NCBI GenBank assembly: GCA_947629585.1
Contig: CANREH010000022.1
Location: 1 to 36,826, forward strand
DNA from: an uncultured Lachnospiraceae bacterium
GTDB taxonomy: Bacteria; Bacillota; Clostridia; Lachnospirales; Lachnospiraceae
Length of the DNA stretch: 36,826 nt
Reading direction: 5' to 3'
Part shown: positions 27,291 through 35,304 of the stretch, piece by piece
Numbering within the stretch: position 1 is the stretch's first letter
Layout: the number at the start of each line of letters is the position of its first letter
The notes under the pieces: generated by a model
The model's input: only the letters and a program-made list of their open reading frames with translations
Told to the model about the DNA's origin: nothing
The model's database searches: none
Position numbers and translations under genes: made by a program

Positions 27291-27557
27291 TTATATTTCC
27301 ATGATTTCTTCAAGATTAATTTCCAAATCATCATAAATTCCTGCTCTAATATGGTCATGAAAGGAATAGGTGTTTACATTAAATGTTGTTTCCTCTAATT
27401 GATATGCAAAAATGCTTTTTTTGATGGGATCGATAATCCAGTCAGGTGCACCGTCGCAGCCTTTTTCTGTCAGTTTATTTCTGTCGCAGATAACGCTGAT
27501 GTCCGGCTCTACAATCGTTGTCTGATCCTGGAAGAGGCGTACAGCAAAGGGAGCCGG
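27291..27557 (-). pseudogene. C-terminal fragment of a Uma2-family (DUF820, PD-(D/E)xK) endonuclease; N-terminal half missing
   Basis: Minus-strand translation is KGPCKIYPAPFAVRLFQDQTTIVEPDISVICDRNKLTEKGCDGAPDWIIDPIKKSIFAYQLEE…EIMEI*. It has no start codon and a stop directly upstream. The E-PD-x-V-(E/I) … D…K … G-x-P-(E/D)-W-I-(V/I)-D-P pattern matches the Uma2 catalytic core. Confidence 0.4.
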
Positions 27558-27596
27558 ATAGATTTTACACGGACCTTTCTATCATACATAGGGAAT

Positions 27597-28463
27597 TTAC
27601 CTTCCCTCAAACCTTCCGCTTGCCCCGCAGGGCAGGATTAACCCGCTGTTTTTCACCGGCAGTCCGATTTCTTCGGCGGAGATACTCCCTTTGAAGTTTC
27701 CGTCAAGGACGGTATGGAGCATATAGCTTAAGACGGCAGGCTGCAGCCCTGTGGTATAGGAATTGATAAGGAGGAACAGGGGCTTTTTTACCAGCAATTT
27801 TGCACAAAGGGTCAGGAACGGGAAAATACTGTCCTCAATTTTCCAGATTTCTCCTTTTGGTCCGCGCCCGTAAGACGGCGGGTCCATGATAATAGCGTCG
27901 TAAGTATTTCCGCGGCGGATTTCCCGTTCCACAAATTTTACGCAGTCGTCCACGATCCAGCGGATCGGGGCTTCCGACAATCCGCTGGATTTTGCATTTT
28001 CTTTTGCCCAGGAAACCATGCCTTTGGATGCGTCCACGTGGGTAACGCCTGCGCCTGCCCTGGCAGCGGAGAGCGTTGCGCCGCCGGTATAGGCAAACAG
28101 GTTCAGTACTTTGATCGGGCGTCCTGCCTGCCGGATCTTCTCGGCGCACCAGTCCCAGTTGACCGCCTGTTCCGGGAATACGCCGGTATGTTTAAATTTG
28201 AAAGGCTTTAGATGAAAAACGAGATCACGATACGTTATTTCCCATTGTTCCGGCAGATGGAAAAATTCCCAGTCACCTCCGCCTCTGCTGCTGCGGTGGT
28301 AATGCCCATTTGATTTTTTCCAGCCGGGATCTGTTTTTGGCGTGTCCCAGATTACCTGCGGGTCAGGGCGGATCAGGAGATAATCTCCCCAGCGTTCCAG
28401 TTTTTCTCCCTTTGAGGTATCGATGACTTCATAGTCTTTCCATTGATTGGCTATCCACATCAT
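27597..28463 (-). CDS. Class I SAM-dependent methyltransferase, RlmI/YccW-like (rRNA m5C methyltransferase family)
   Basis: ...VLNLFAYTGGATLSAARAGAGVTHVDASK... (SAM motif I) and ...AIIMDPPSYGRG... (motif IV, DPP). I place the start at ATGATG at 28463, after GGAGA. The tracked ORF extends to 28556. Confidence 0.7.
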   Translation of the reverse strand: MMWIANQWKDYEVIDTSKGEKLERWGDYLLIRPDPQVIWDTPKTDPGWKKSNGHYHRSSRGGGDWEFFHLPEQWEITYRDLVFHLKPFKFKHTGVFPEQAVNWDWCAEKIRQAGRPIKVLNLFAYTGGATLSAARAGAGVTHVDASKGMVSWAKENAKSSGLSEAPIRWIVDDCVKFVEREIRRGNTYDAIIMDPPSYGRGPKGEIWKIEDSIFPFLTLCAKLLVKKPLFLLINSYTTGLQPAVLSYMLHTVLDGNFKGSISAEEIGLPVKNSGLILPCGASGRFEGR

Positions 28464-28572
28464 TATGTCTCCATTCCTAAACTTATATGTTCCCTGTAAA
28501 TAATGAGATAGATTTATTATGGGTGATACGTTTATTTTTGTCAATGATCTTTTCAATGAGGAGTTAGAAAGA

Positions 28573-28750
28573 TCGTAACAGTTCAGCCATTAGCTCGATT
28601 TGGCTGCTCCGCAGCCTGTTTCGCCGCTAAAGCGGCTAAAATCTCGCTTTTATGGCTGCGCCATATGTCAAAAATAGTGAAAATTGATCCTTACGAGTAA
28701 ACTCGATGGTTCAATTTTCCTATTTTTGCCGCATGGCTGAACTGTTACGA
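28573..28750. repeat. 178-bp element bounded by perfect 18-bp inverted repeats (TCGTAACAGTTCAGCCAT / ATGGCTGAACTGTTACGA) enclosing three short GC hairpins
   Basis: The IR arms are at 28573-28590 and 28733-28750. Internal hairpins are GGCTGC-TCC-GCAGCC (28602-28616), GCCGC-TAAA-GCGGC (28623-28636) and TATGGC-TGC-GCCATA (28651-28665). It is non-coding and lies in a ~900-bp divergent intergenic region. Confidence 0.4.
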
Positions 28751-28804
28751 AAGGTCTTTAAAAGTCTGCGAAAAAATTTTGGAAAAATATTGAAAAATTT
28801 TGAT

Positions 28805-28830
28805 TGAAATTCCTGCCAGGATGTGATAGA
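28805..28830 (+). promoter_or_regulatory. Candidate promoter TTGAAA-N17-(TG)nTAGAAT driving a structured transcript that starts near 28837
   Basis: TTGAAATTCCTGCCAGGATGTGATAGAAT, followed by a long imperfect hairpin at 28842-28920. Confidence 0.3.
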
Positions 28831-29366
28831 ATGCAGACTATGGAAAATATTCAGGAGATGGGACATCTGTTTAGAAAGCCGAAGACAGAGCACAGATGTG
28901 TCCATAGTTCCGATTTTTCCAGTAGCAGCGCCCCCTGCTATGTTTAGTCGGGATTGGGTCAAGAAGCCGCCGCATTTTTTATTTCATCGTTTTCTTTTAT
29001 TTCTGTGAATCTGAGTTGCAGCAGTCGTCTCCTGATTATTATGAAAGGGAGAATTTCCTAAATTTTATTTACATGGGCAAGGAGCCAGGCTGACAGGATT
29101 GCTTGTTGATTTGGCGAATGCCGCGATCGCGAGAGAAACTCACAAAGCGTATTTCATCTCGTTGTAATAGATTTTAAGTTATGTTCAAAAGATTGATTGA
29201 AGTTGAGGTTTTGATGATTTTTCTTGATCTTTTCCCTAAAAACAGCTAAGATAAAATAGACATTTTTTACTCTTTGTTTGTGACTTGGCGTAATACAGAT
29301 ATGTCTATTTCATGTAACATGACAACATAGCAATAGAAGAACAAAGGTATTATGGAGGGAATGACA

Positions 29367-30047
29367 ATGGGAATTTTAACAAGATTTAAAGACATTATGG
29401 CAAGCAATATCAATGCCCTGCTTGATCAGGCGGAAGATCCGGCGAAGATGATTGATCAGACGCTCAGGAATTTGAACAGCGACCTGGGAAAGGTGAAGTC
29501 GGAGACAGCGGCTGTGATGGCGGAGGAAACGAGGGCGAAAAGGGAGCTTGACGAATGTGAGGCGGACATTGCGAAAATGCAGAGTTATGCCGTGAAAGCT
29601 GTAGAAGCAGGCAATGATGACGATGCGAAGCAGTTTCTTGCAAAGAAGAATGAGCTTACAGTAAAGAAAGAGCAGCTTCAGACTGTGTATGAGGCAGCGG
29701 CAAAGAATGCGAGGAAGATGCGCCAGATGCATGATAAGCTGGTCAGTGACATTGGCGAGCTGGAATCCCGCCGCAGCGTGATTAAATCCAAGCTGGCGGT
29801 GGCAAAGGCGCAGGAGCGCATTAACAGTATGAGTTCCTCGGCAGGGGATGCCGCCAGTTCCATTTCTGCCTTTGAGCGCATGGAGGCAAAGGCGGACAAG
29901 GCGCTTGATCAGGCAAATGCTATGGCAGAATTAAATACTCCCGAAGAAAAGGATGATTTAGAAGCGCTGGAGTTAAAATATGGAGCTTCCTCGTCTAACG
30001 CTGTGGACGACGAGCTGGCGTCGTTAAAAGCAAGCCTCGGAAAGTAA
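29367..30047 (+). CDS. pspA: PspA/IM30 (phage-shock protein A / LiaH) family protein
   Basis: MGILTRFKDIMASNINALLDQAEDPAKMIDQTLRNL… is the canonical PspA N-terminus, followed by a coiled-coil-rich 226 aa. The ATG at 29367 follows GGAGGG. The tracked ORF starts at 29352. Confidence 0.85.
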   Translation: MGILTRFKDIMASNINALLDQAEDPAKMIDQTLRNLNSDLGKVKSETAAVMAEETRAKRELDECEADIAKMQSYAVKAVEAGNDDDAKQFLAKKNELTVKKEQLQTVYEAAAKNARKMRQMHDKLVSDIGELESRRSVIKSKLAVAKAQERINSMSSSAGDAASSISAFERMEAKADKALDQANAMAELNTPEEKDDLEALELKYGASSSNAVDDELASLKASLGK

Positions 30048-30059
30048 AGGTAAAAGATA

Positions 30060-31130
30060 ATGGTGATTCAGTATCAGTGCCCGGATTGCGGGGCGGATTT
30101 GGAATTTCATGCAGAAACCGGCATGATGAAATGCGGCTCCTGCGGCTATGAAGTGAAGGCGGAGGAACTGGTAGCAGCTTCCGGGGAAGATCCGGATGCG
30201 TATCTGCATGACTATGAGCATTTTCAGGAGGAAACAAGGTATCATACGTTCGGGGAAGAGAATGCGGAGCAGTATGTCTGTAAAAATTGCGGGGCTGTGA
30301 TTATCGCAGGGGAGGATACCTCTGCGACGCACTGTGAGTTCTGCGGTTCTCCCGTTGTGCTCGGCGACAGGCTAAGCGGCGAGCTTGCGCCGACGAACGT
30401 GATTCCTTTTAAAATTTCCAAACAGCAGGCGGAAGAGGCTTTCCGGAAATGGAAGAAAAATGGGTTTCTGCTGAAAAAAGATTTTAAAAACGCCGATCGG
30501 GTGAAGTCCCTGACAGGGATCTATGTGCCGTTCTGGCTGTTTGACGTCAAGGCGCAGGGGGAGGTCAATGCCCACTGTACGTCAAAGCATACGTATGAGC
30601 GTGGGGATTACATCATTACGGAAACGAGCCATTTTGACGTCTTTCGCCGGGTGGACATTGATTATCTGAAAATTCCTGCGGACGCTTCGGAAAAGATGGA
30701 AGATTCCATGATGGATAAGCTGGAGCCGTTTTCCTACGGGGAGATGAAGAAGTTCCAGACGCCTTATCTTTCCGGTTATCTTGCGGAAAAATATAATTAT
30801 ACCGATCAGGATCTTTTCCCGAGGGTGGAACAGAGGGTGAGAGGATATGCGAGATCCTATATCCGTTCCACGATCCACGGGTACAGCACTGTGAATATCA
30901 CCAGAGAGCATCTTAAGGCAAGGCAGAAGAAGGCGGAGTATACCCTTCTGCCTGTCTGGATGTTCTGCTATGATTATAAACAGTGCGATCATAATTTTTA
31001 TATGAACGGGCAGACCGGGAAAATTGTCGGGAAGCCGCCTTTGTCAAAGGGAAAGGTTGCTCTTTTGTTTTTTTCCCTGGCGGCGGTAAGTGAGTTATTG
31101 TTGTCATTACTGATATTTTTGCTTTCATAG
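30060..31130 (+). CDS. YdjG-like double zinc-ribbon protein with a C-terminal TM anchor (PspA-operon partner)
   Basis: CPDCG…CGSCG and CKNCG…CEFCG zinc ribbons. …IYVPFWLFD…, …LLPVWMFCYD…NGQTGKIVGKPP… and a C-terminal TM VALLFFSLAAVSELLLSLLIFLL. It starts 13 nt after the pspA stop. Confidence 0.65.
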   Translation: MVIQYQCPDCGADLEFHAETGMMKCGSCGYEVKAEELVAASGEDPDAYLHDYEHFQEETRYHTFGEENAEQYVCKNCGAVIIAGEDTSATHCEFCGSPVVLGDRLSGELAPTNVIPFKISKQQAEEAFRKWKKNGFLLKKDFKNADRVKSLTGIYVPFWLFDVKAQGEVNAHCTSKHTYERGDYIITETSHFDVFRRVDIDYLKIPADASEKMEDSMMDKLEPFSYGEMKKFQTPYLSGYLAEKYNYTDQDLFPRVEQRVRGYARSYIRSTIHGYSTVNITREHLKARQKKAEYTLLPVWMFCYDYKQCDHNFYMNGQTGKIVGKPPLSKGKVALLFFSLAAVSELLLSLLIFLLS

Positions 31131-31144
31131 AAAGGGAGAAGCTT

Positions 31145-32002
31145 ATGAAAATATGGAGGAAAAAACAGGGTTTCTTCCCATTGTTTTTTCTGTTTTTCTG
31201 TTTCTTGTCTGTGCTTTGGGCGCCGCAGCCCTGCCTTGCGCAGGAACAGGCAGAACAGCATGTTTACGATGACGCCGGTTATTTTAAGAAAAAGGAAGAA
31301 AATCAGTTAGAGGATCTTTGTCTGGCTTATGGGGAAGAGATTGACGCTAATATTGTCATGCTGATAGAGGATGGCGTTGAAAACAAGGCATGGAAGCAGT
31401 TTTTGGAGGATTTTTATGACGCGCATGAGACGCTGGGAGACTGTGCGCTATTGCTGCTGGATATTAATGAAGAGGAGCGTCGGATTGAAATCCAGGGCTA
31501 TGGGGAAATGGAGTATATTATTACGGACACAAGGATTGACACGATTATCGATGCCATGATCGATAATCTGTCTTCCGGCGAGTATTACAGCGCGCTGATT
31601 CAGTTCCCGACTTTGGTAAAGAGGTATCATGATATGGGGGCCGGATCGGATGCCAGGACGCATACGGGGCATGACAATGAGATTTATAACCCTTATTATT
31701 ATGAAAAGGAAAAAGAAAATAAAATCGTGCATTCCTGTATGCTTGCGCTGCCGGCGGCGCTTTTGATTGGCGGCATAGGAACGGGGATTTTTGTATACAA
31801 TTCCGGAGGGAAAATGACGAGCACTTACCATAATTATATGGATGAGAGCAGGCAGAGCCTGATAGGGCGCTATGACCGCTATACGCATACCACGAGATCG
31901 GAGCGGAGAAAGCCGCAGGAAACTCATTCCGGAGGCGGAGGACATGGAGGAGGCGTCAGCAGCGGCGGCAGCTCTCATTCCGGAGGAGGAAGAAGTTTTT
32001 AA
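31145..32002 (+). CDS. TPM-domain (TLP18.3/Psb32/MOLO-1; YdjH/YgcG-like) membrane protein with a Gly-rich C-terminal tail
   Basis: Signal/anchor MKIWRKKQGFFPLFFLFFCFLSVLW. TPM-like core …DDAGYFKKKEENQLEDL…VMLIED… A TM near the C-terminus, then the GGGGHGGGVSSGGSSHSGGGRSF tail. Confidence 0.65.
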   Translation: MKIWRKKQGFFPLFFLFFCFLSVLWAPQPCLAQEQAEQHVYDDAGYFKKKEENQLEDLCLAYGEEIDANIVMLIEDGVENKAWKQFLEDFYDAHETLGDCALLLLDINEEERRIEIQGYGEMEYIITDTRIDTIIDAMIDNLSSGEYYSALIQFPTLVKRYHDMGAGSDARTHTGHDNEIYNPYYYEKEKENKIVHSCMLALPAALLIGGIGTGIFVYNSGGKMTSTYHNYMDESRQSLIGRYDRYTHTTRSERRKPQETHSGGGGHGGGVSSGGSSHSGGGRSF

Positions 32003-32050
32003 AAACAGTCAGGTTGAATCTGAAATGGAGAAAGGGAAAGGAAATAAGAC

Positions 32051-33028
32051 ATGGGAATTTTTGGAAAGCAGTTTGCTAATGTAGTGGAATGGCAGGAATT
32101 CAGGGATGACAGTATTTTCTGGAAATGGGAAAATAGTGAAATCAAAAAGGGAAGCAGGCTGATCCTGCGCCCGGGGCAGGATGCCATTTTCCTGTCCAAT
32201 GGAAAAATCGAAGGGATTTTTAAGGATGACGGGGATTATGACATAGAAACGCAGATTATCCCGTTTTTATCGACATTAAAGGGGTTTAAGTTTGGCTTTA
32301 ACAGCGGCATGAGGGCGGAGGTTTTATTTGTCAATACCAAGCAGTTCCAGTGTAAATGGGGGACGAAGAACCCGATCAACCTGCCGGCGCCGCAGCTTCC
32401 GGGCGGTATGCCGATCCGCGCAAACGGGGCGTTTTCCTTTAAGGTAGATGATTATGTTGCTTTGATTGATGAAGTGGCAGGCGTGAAAAGCAGTTATGTC
32501 GTTTCTGATGTTAAAGAGCGGATTATGGCGCAGCTTGACCAATTGATGATGAAATGGATTTCCAAAGAGGCGAAGGATTATTTTAATTTAATGGCGAATG
32601 CGGCGGAGATTTCCAAAGGAATCCAGTCGGATCTGGACATGGCAATGAGAAAGCTTGGCATAGCTATTACGGATTTCAGTATTATGAGTGTTTCTTATCC
32701 GGAATCTGTCCAGAAGATGCTGGAAAAGAATGCGGCGCAGAGCATGGTCGGGGATGTAGGACGTTACCAGCAGATTTCCATGACGGATGCAATGGCTTCC
32801 GGGAATATGCGGGGAACCGGGACGGCGACGGATATGGCAGGCATGATGATGGGGATGCAGATGGCAAACCAGATGATGAATAATATGAATAATGCCGTGA
32901 AGCCGAATCCAGGTCCGCAGAATCCGGCAGCAGGAAATGCCGGAGCTGTCCCAAATTTCTGTCCGAACTGCGGTACTAAAACGAACGGGGCGAATTTCTG
33001 CCCGAATTGTGGGACAAAGCTTGGATAA
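32051..33028 (+). CDS. SPFH/band-7 domain protein (YdjI-like) with a C-terminal double zinc ribbon
   Basis: N-terminal …VVEWQEF…ILRPGQDAIFLSNGKIEGIFKDDGDYDIETQ… SPFH-like fold, a Met/Asn/Gln-rich low-complexity segment, then FCPNCGTKTNGANFCPNCGTKLG. Confidence 0.65.
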   Translation: MGIFGKQFANVVEWQEFRDDSIFWKWENSEIKKGSRLILRPGQDAIFLSNGKIEGIFKDDGDYDIETQIIPFLSTLKGFKFGFNSGMRAEVLFVNTKQFQCKWGTKNPINLPAPQLPGGMPIRANGAFSFKVDDYVALIDEVAGVKSSYVVSDVKERIMAQLDQLMMKWISKEAKDYFNLMANAAEISKGIQSDLDMAMRKLGIAITDFSIMSVSYPESVQKMLEKNAAQSMVGDVGRYQQISMTDAMASGNMRGTGTATDMAGMMMGMQMANQMMNNMNNAVKPNPGPQNPAAGNAGAVPNFCPNCGTKTNGANFCPNCGTKLG

Positions 33029-33041
33029 GGGCGTTCGTGAT

Positions 33042-34532
33042 ATGGAAGAAAGAAAAATCCGCTGTCCTAAAGGCGCCGATGTGAAGGAATTTTTGCGGGA
33101 AAACAGCCTGCTGTTTTTTGACTGCGGGGGAAGAGGAACCTGTGGAAAGTGCAGGGGCAGGGTGCTCAAAGGCGACGCAGGGAAGCTTACCAAAGAGGAG
33201 GAGACTCTGCTGACGGAAAAGGAAAAGGCGGAAAATGTGCGCCTTTTCTGTCAAATCAGGGCAGTGACGGATTTGGAGCTGTCAGTGGAAAGGGAAAAAC
33301 CTGTGTTTGTTTCAGAATATCCGGAACAGAAGGGTTCCTGCGGATGTCAGGAAAAGCGGCTTGGGCTTGCCCTGGATATGGGGACGACAACTCTGGCGGG
33401 GCTGTTGGTGGATTTGGAAACAGGGCGCGCCTTAGCGGAAAAGACGGTATGGAATCCGCAGGGCTGTTATGGGGCGGATATTATTTCCAGAATGCAGTAT
33501 TGCTTACAGCCGGGCGGAACAGAGCGGATGCAGGAGAAGCTGATAGAGGGTCTGCGGGAGCTGCTTGGCTGTCTGACAGGGCAGGCAGAGGAGATTGCGA
33601 GAATTACCGCTGCCGGAAATTCTGCCATGACGCATTTCCTGTTGGGAAGAAAGACAGATACGTTGGCGTATGCGCCGTTTCAGCCGGAATTTTTTGACAG
33701 CCAGAACGTAGATGCGGAAAAACTCGGATTTCCTGTTCCCAAAGGGACAGAGCTTTTGACGCTGCCGCTTTTGCAGGGGCAGATAGGCGGCGACATTACC
33801 GGGGCGCTCCTTTCTGTGGATATTTTTGAAAAAGGGGAGGGAACGCTCCTTTTCGATCTTGGCACAAACGGGGAAATTGCCTTTTATTGGAAAGGGAAAA
33901 TTTATGTCTGTTCGACGGCAGCAGGGCCGGCTCTGGAAGGAGCGGGGATTTCCTGCGGGATGAGGGCGCAGGCTGGCGCAATAGAATCCGTCTGGCTGAC
34001 CGGAGGGAATATTTTTACAAAAGTAATTGGAAATAGGAAGGCAGAGGGAATCTGCGGATCGGCATTGATTGACGCTGTTTCTGTGCTGCTGGATCTTGGG
34101 AAAATTCATCCGGACGGATATCTGGAAGGAGATCGGTTTTTCTTATCCGGCACAGAAGAATCCGGCGGGGTTTTTCTTACACAGGAGGATATCCGCCAGT
34201 ATCAGTTAGTGAAAGCGGCGATCCGGGCAGGGATGGAGGCAGTCGTCCATGCGGCGGACGCAGAACAAAAAGATATTTCCGGAATTTATATTGCGGGGGC
34301 TTTTGGAAACAGCCTTCGGAAACGCAATGCCGTCAGGACAGGGCTTTTGCCGGATCTGAGCGTGGAAATCACGGCTGTCGGGAATGCTTCCCTGAAGGGG
34401 GCGGCGCTTGTACTGGTTTCGGAAAATGCCCGCAAATATGTAAAAAAGATACAGGACAGCGCGGTGTTGGTGCCATTAGCGGAAGCAGAGGAATTTAAAG
34501 AAGCTTATATCCGGGAGATGGGTTTCCCGTGA
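33042..34532 (+). CDS. RACo-like ASKHA ATPase with an N-terminal plant-type [2Fe-2S] ferredoxin domain (DUF4445 family; reductive activator of corrinoid proteins-like)
   Basis: …FFDCGGRGTCGKCRGRV… and …RLFCQIRA… 2Fe-2S motifs. …LGLALDMGTTTLAGLLVDL… is the ASKHA phosphate-1 motif. I place the start at the ATG at 33042, 14 nt after the SPFH stop. The tracked ORF starts at 32937, inside the SPFH gene. Confidence 0.7.
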   Translation: MEERKIRCPKGADVKEFLRENSLLFFDCGGRGTCGKCRGRVLKGDAGKLTKEEETLLTEKEKAENVRLFCQIRAVTDLELSVEREKPVFVSEYPEQKGSCGCQEKRLGLALDMGTTTLAGLLVDLETGRALAEKTVWNPQGCYGADIISRMQYCLQPGGTERMQEKLIEGLRELLGCLTGQAEEIARITAAGNSAMTHFLLGRKTDTLAYAPFQPEFFDSQNVDAEKLGFPVPKGTELLTLPLLQGQIGGDITGALLSVDIFEKGEGTLLFDLGTNGEIAFYWKGKIYVCSTAAGPALEGAGISCGMRAQAGAIESVWLTGGNIFTKVIGNRKAEGICGSALIDAVSVLLDLGKIHPDGYLEGDRFFLSGTEESGGVFLTQEDIRQYQLVKAAIRAGMEAVVHAADAEQKDISGIYIAGAFGNSLRKRNAVRTGLLPDLSVEITAVGNASLKGAALVLVSENARKYVKKIQDSAVLVPLAEAEEFKEAYIREMGFP

Positions 34533-34627
34533 AAAAAGGAAAATAAAAGCTGCATAGGATTTTACTGCACTCATAAAATGTAAGGAGATAGGGTTTTCAT
34601 GACCCGGTTATTTTTTGAGGGCAGACT

Positions 34628-35161
34628 ATGCAGCTTCTTCTTTATCTTTCTGATTTTATGATTCCTATGGTAATTTTCCTGATTGTCGGGTATGGTTTTT
34701 TAATGAAAGTGAATATTTTTGATGTCTTTATCCGCGGCGCGGCGGAAGGAATTAAAATGGTGTTTGAGCTGATGCCGACCCTGATAGGCCTTATGATGGC
34801 GATTGGGATTATGCGGGCGTCCGGCTTTCTGGAGATATTTGCAGAACTGATTTCCCCGTTAACTTCCCTGGTTCATTTTCCATCCGAGCTGATGCCGCTT
34901 GCCGTGATTAAAATGTTTTCTTCTTCCGCGTCAACAGGGCTTTTGCTGGATATCTTTAAAACCTATGGGGCGGATTCTTACTTTGGGCTGCTGGCCTCTC
35001 TTTTATTATCGTCAAGTGAAACGATCTTTTATACCCTGTCCGTTTATTTCGGGCCGATTGGAATTAAAAATATGAGCTATACCCTGGCAGGCTGCCTGTT
35101 TGCTACTCTGGCGGGAATGGCGGCGTCCACAGTCATTGCAGGTTGGATGATGGCGGGGTAA
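34628..35161 (+). CDS. Nucleoside-recognition (Gate) domain membrane protein, SpmB-like
   Basis: 177-aa polytopic protein. The …AAEGIKMVFELMPTLIGLMMAIGIMRASGF… pattern matches the spore-maturation protein B / Gate family. No spmA-like partner is evident upstream. Confidence 0.6.
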   Translation: MQLLLYLSDFMIPMVIFLIVGYGFLMKVNIFDVFIRGAAEGIKMVFELMPTLIGLMMAIGIMRASGFLEIFAELISPLTSLVHFPSELMPLAVIKMFSSSASTGLLLDIFKTYGADSYFGLLASLLLSSSETIFYTLSVYFGPIGIKNMSYTLAGCLFATLAGMAASTVIAGWMMAG

Positions 35162-35192
35162 CAGGACGAATTGCAGTTCAGTAAAAAAACTC

Positions 35193-35221
35193 TTGACAGA
35201 AATGAAATGTTAGATTATACT
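35193..35221 (+). promoter_or_regulatory. Sigma-A promoter of the feo operon
   Basis: TTGACA-N17-TATACT, near consensus. Confidence 0.55.
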
Positions 35222-35235
35222 AACCTATGTGGAAA

Positions 35236-35250
35236 TGAAAATCGTTATCA
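35236..35250 (+). promoter_or_regulatory. Candidate Fur box overlapping the feo transcription start
   Basis: TGAAAATCGTTATCA matches the 7-1-7 Fur consensus TGATAATnATTATCA at 13 of 15 positions, and lies 14 nt downstream of the -10. Confidence 0.45.
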
Positions 35251-35304
35251 AATACACTTATGTTCTGGTAGCGGGTAAAAATAACAGGAGAGAATGGAGG
35301 AATC

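Noticed and set aside
28720-29008. Small ORFs 28720..28962(-) and 28823..29008(+)
   Set aside because: They have no RBS, overlap each other and coincide with the hairpin-rich non-coding region. That region is better explained as a structured RNA or repeat element.
29270-29350. Sigma-W / LiaR-type stress promoter upstream of pspA
   Set aside because: The TGAAAC-N16-CGTA pattern was sought but only partial matches were found (a CGTAAT with no proper -35). This is not convincing without a TSS.
33149-34109. ORFs 33149..33697(+) and 33504..34109(-) with Gly/Arg-rich translations
   Set aside because: They are alternative frames inside the RACo-like ASKHA gene, which has ferredoxin and ATPase motifs in frame. 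These are GC-rich frame artefacts.
11983-35183. Recurrent AGTTCAGTAA / GTAACAGTTC decamers (11983-12000, 28576-28588, 35174-35183) as a dispersed regulatory motif
   Set aside because: There are only three short occurrences in different contexts, so chance is possible for a 10-mer at this window size. It is kept only as a note attached to the inverted-repeat element finding.
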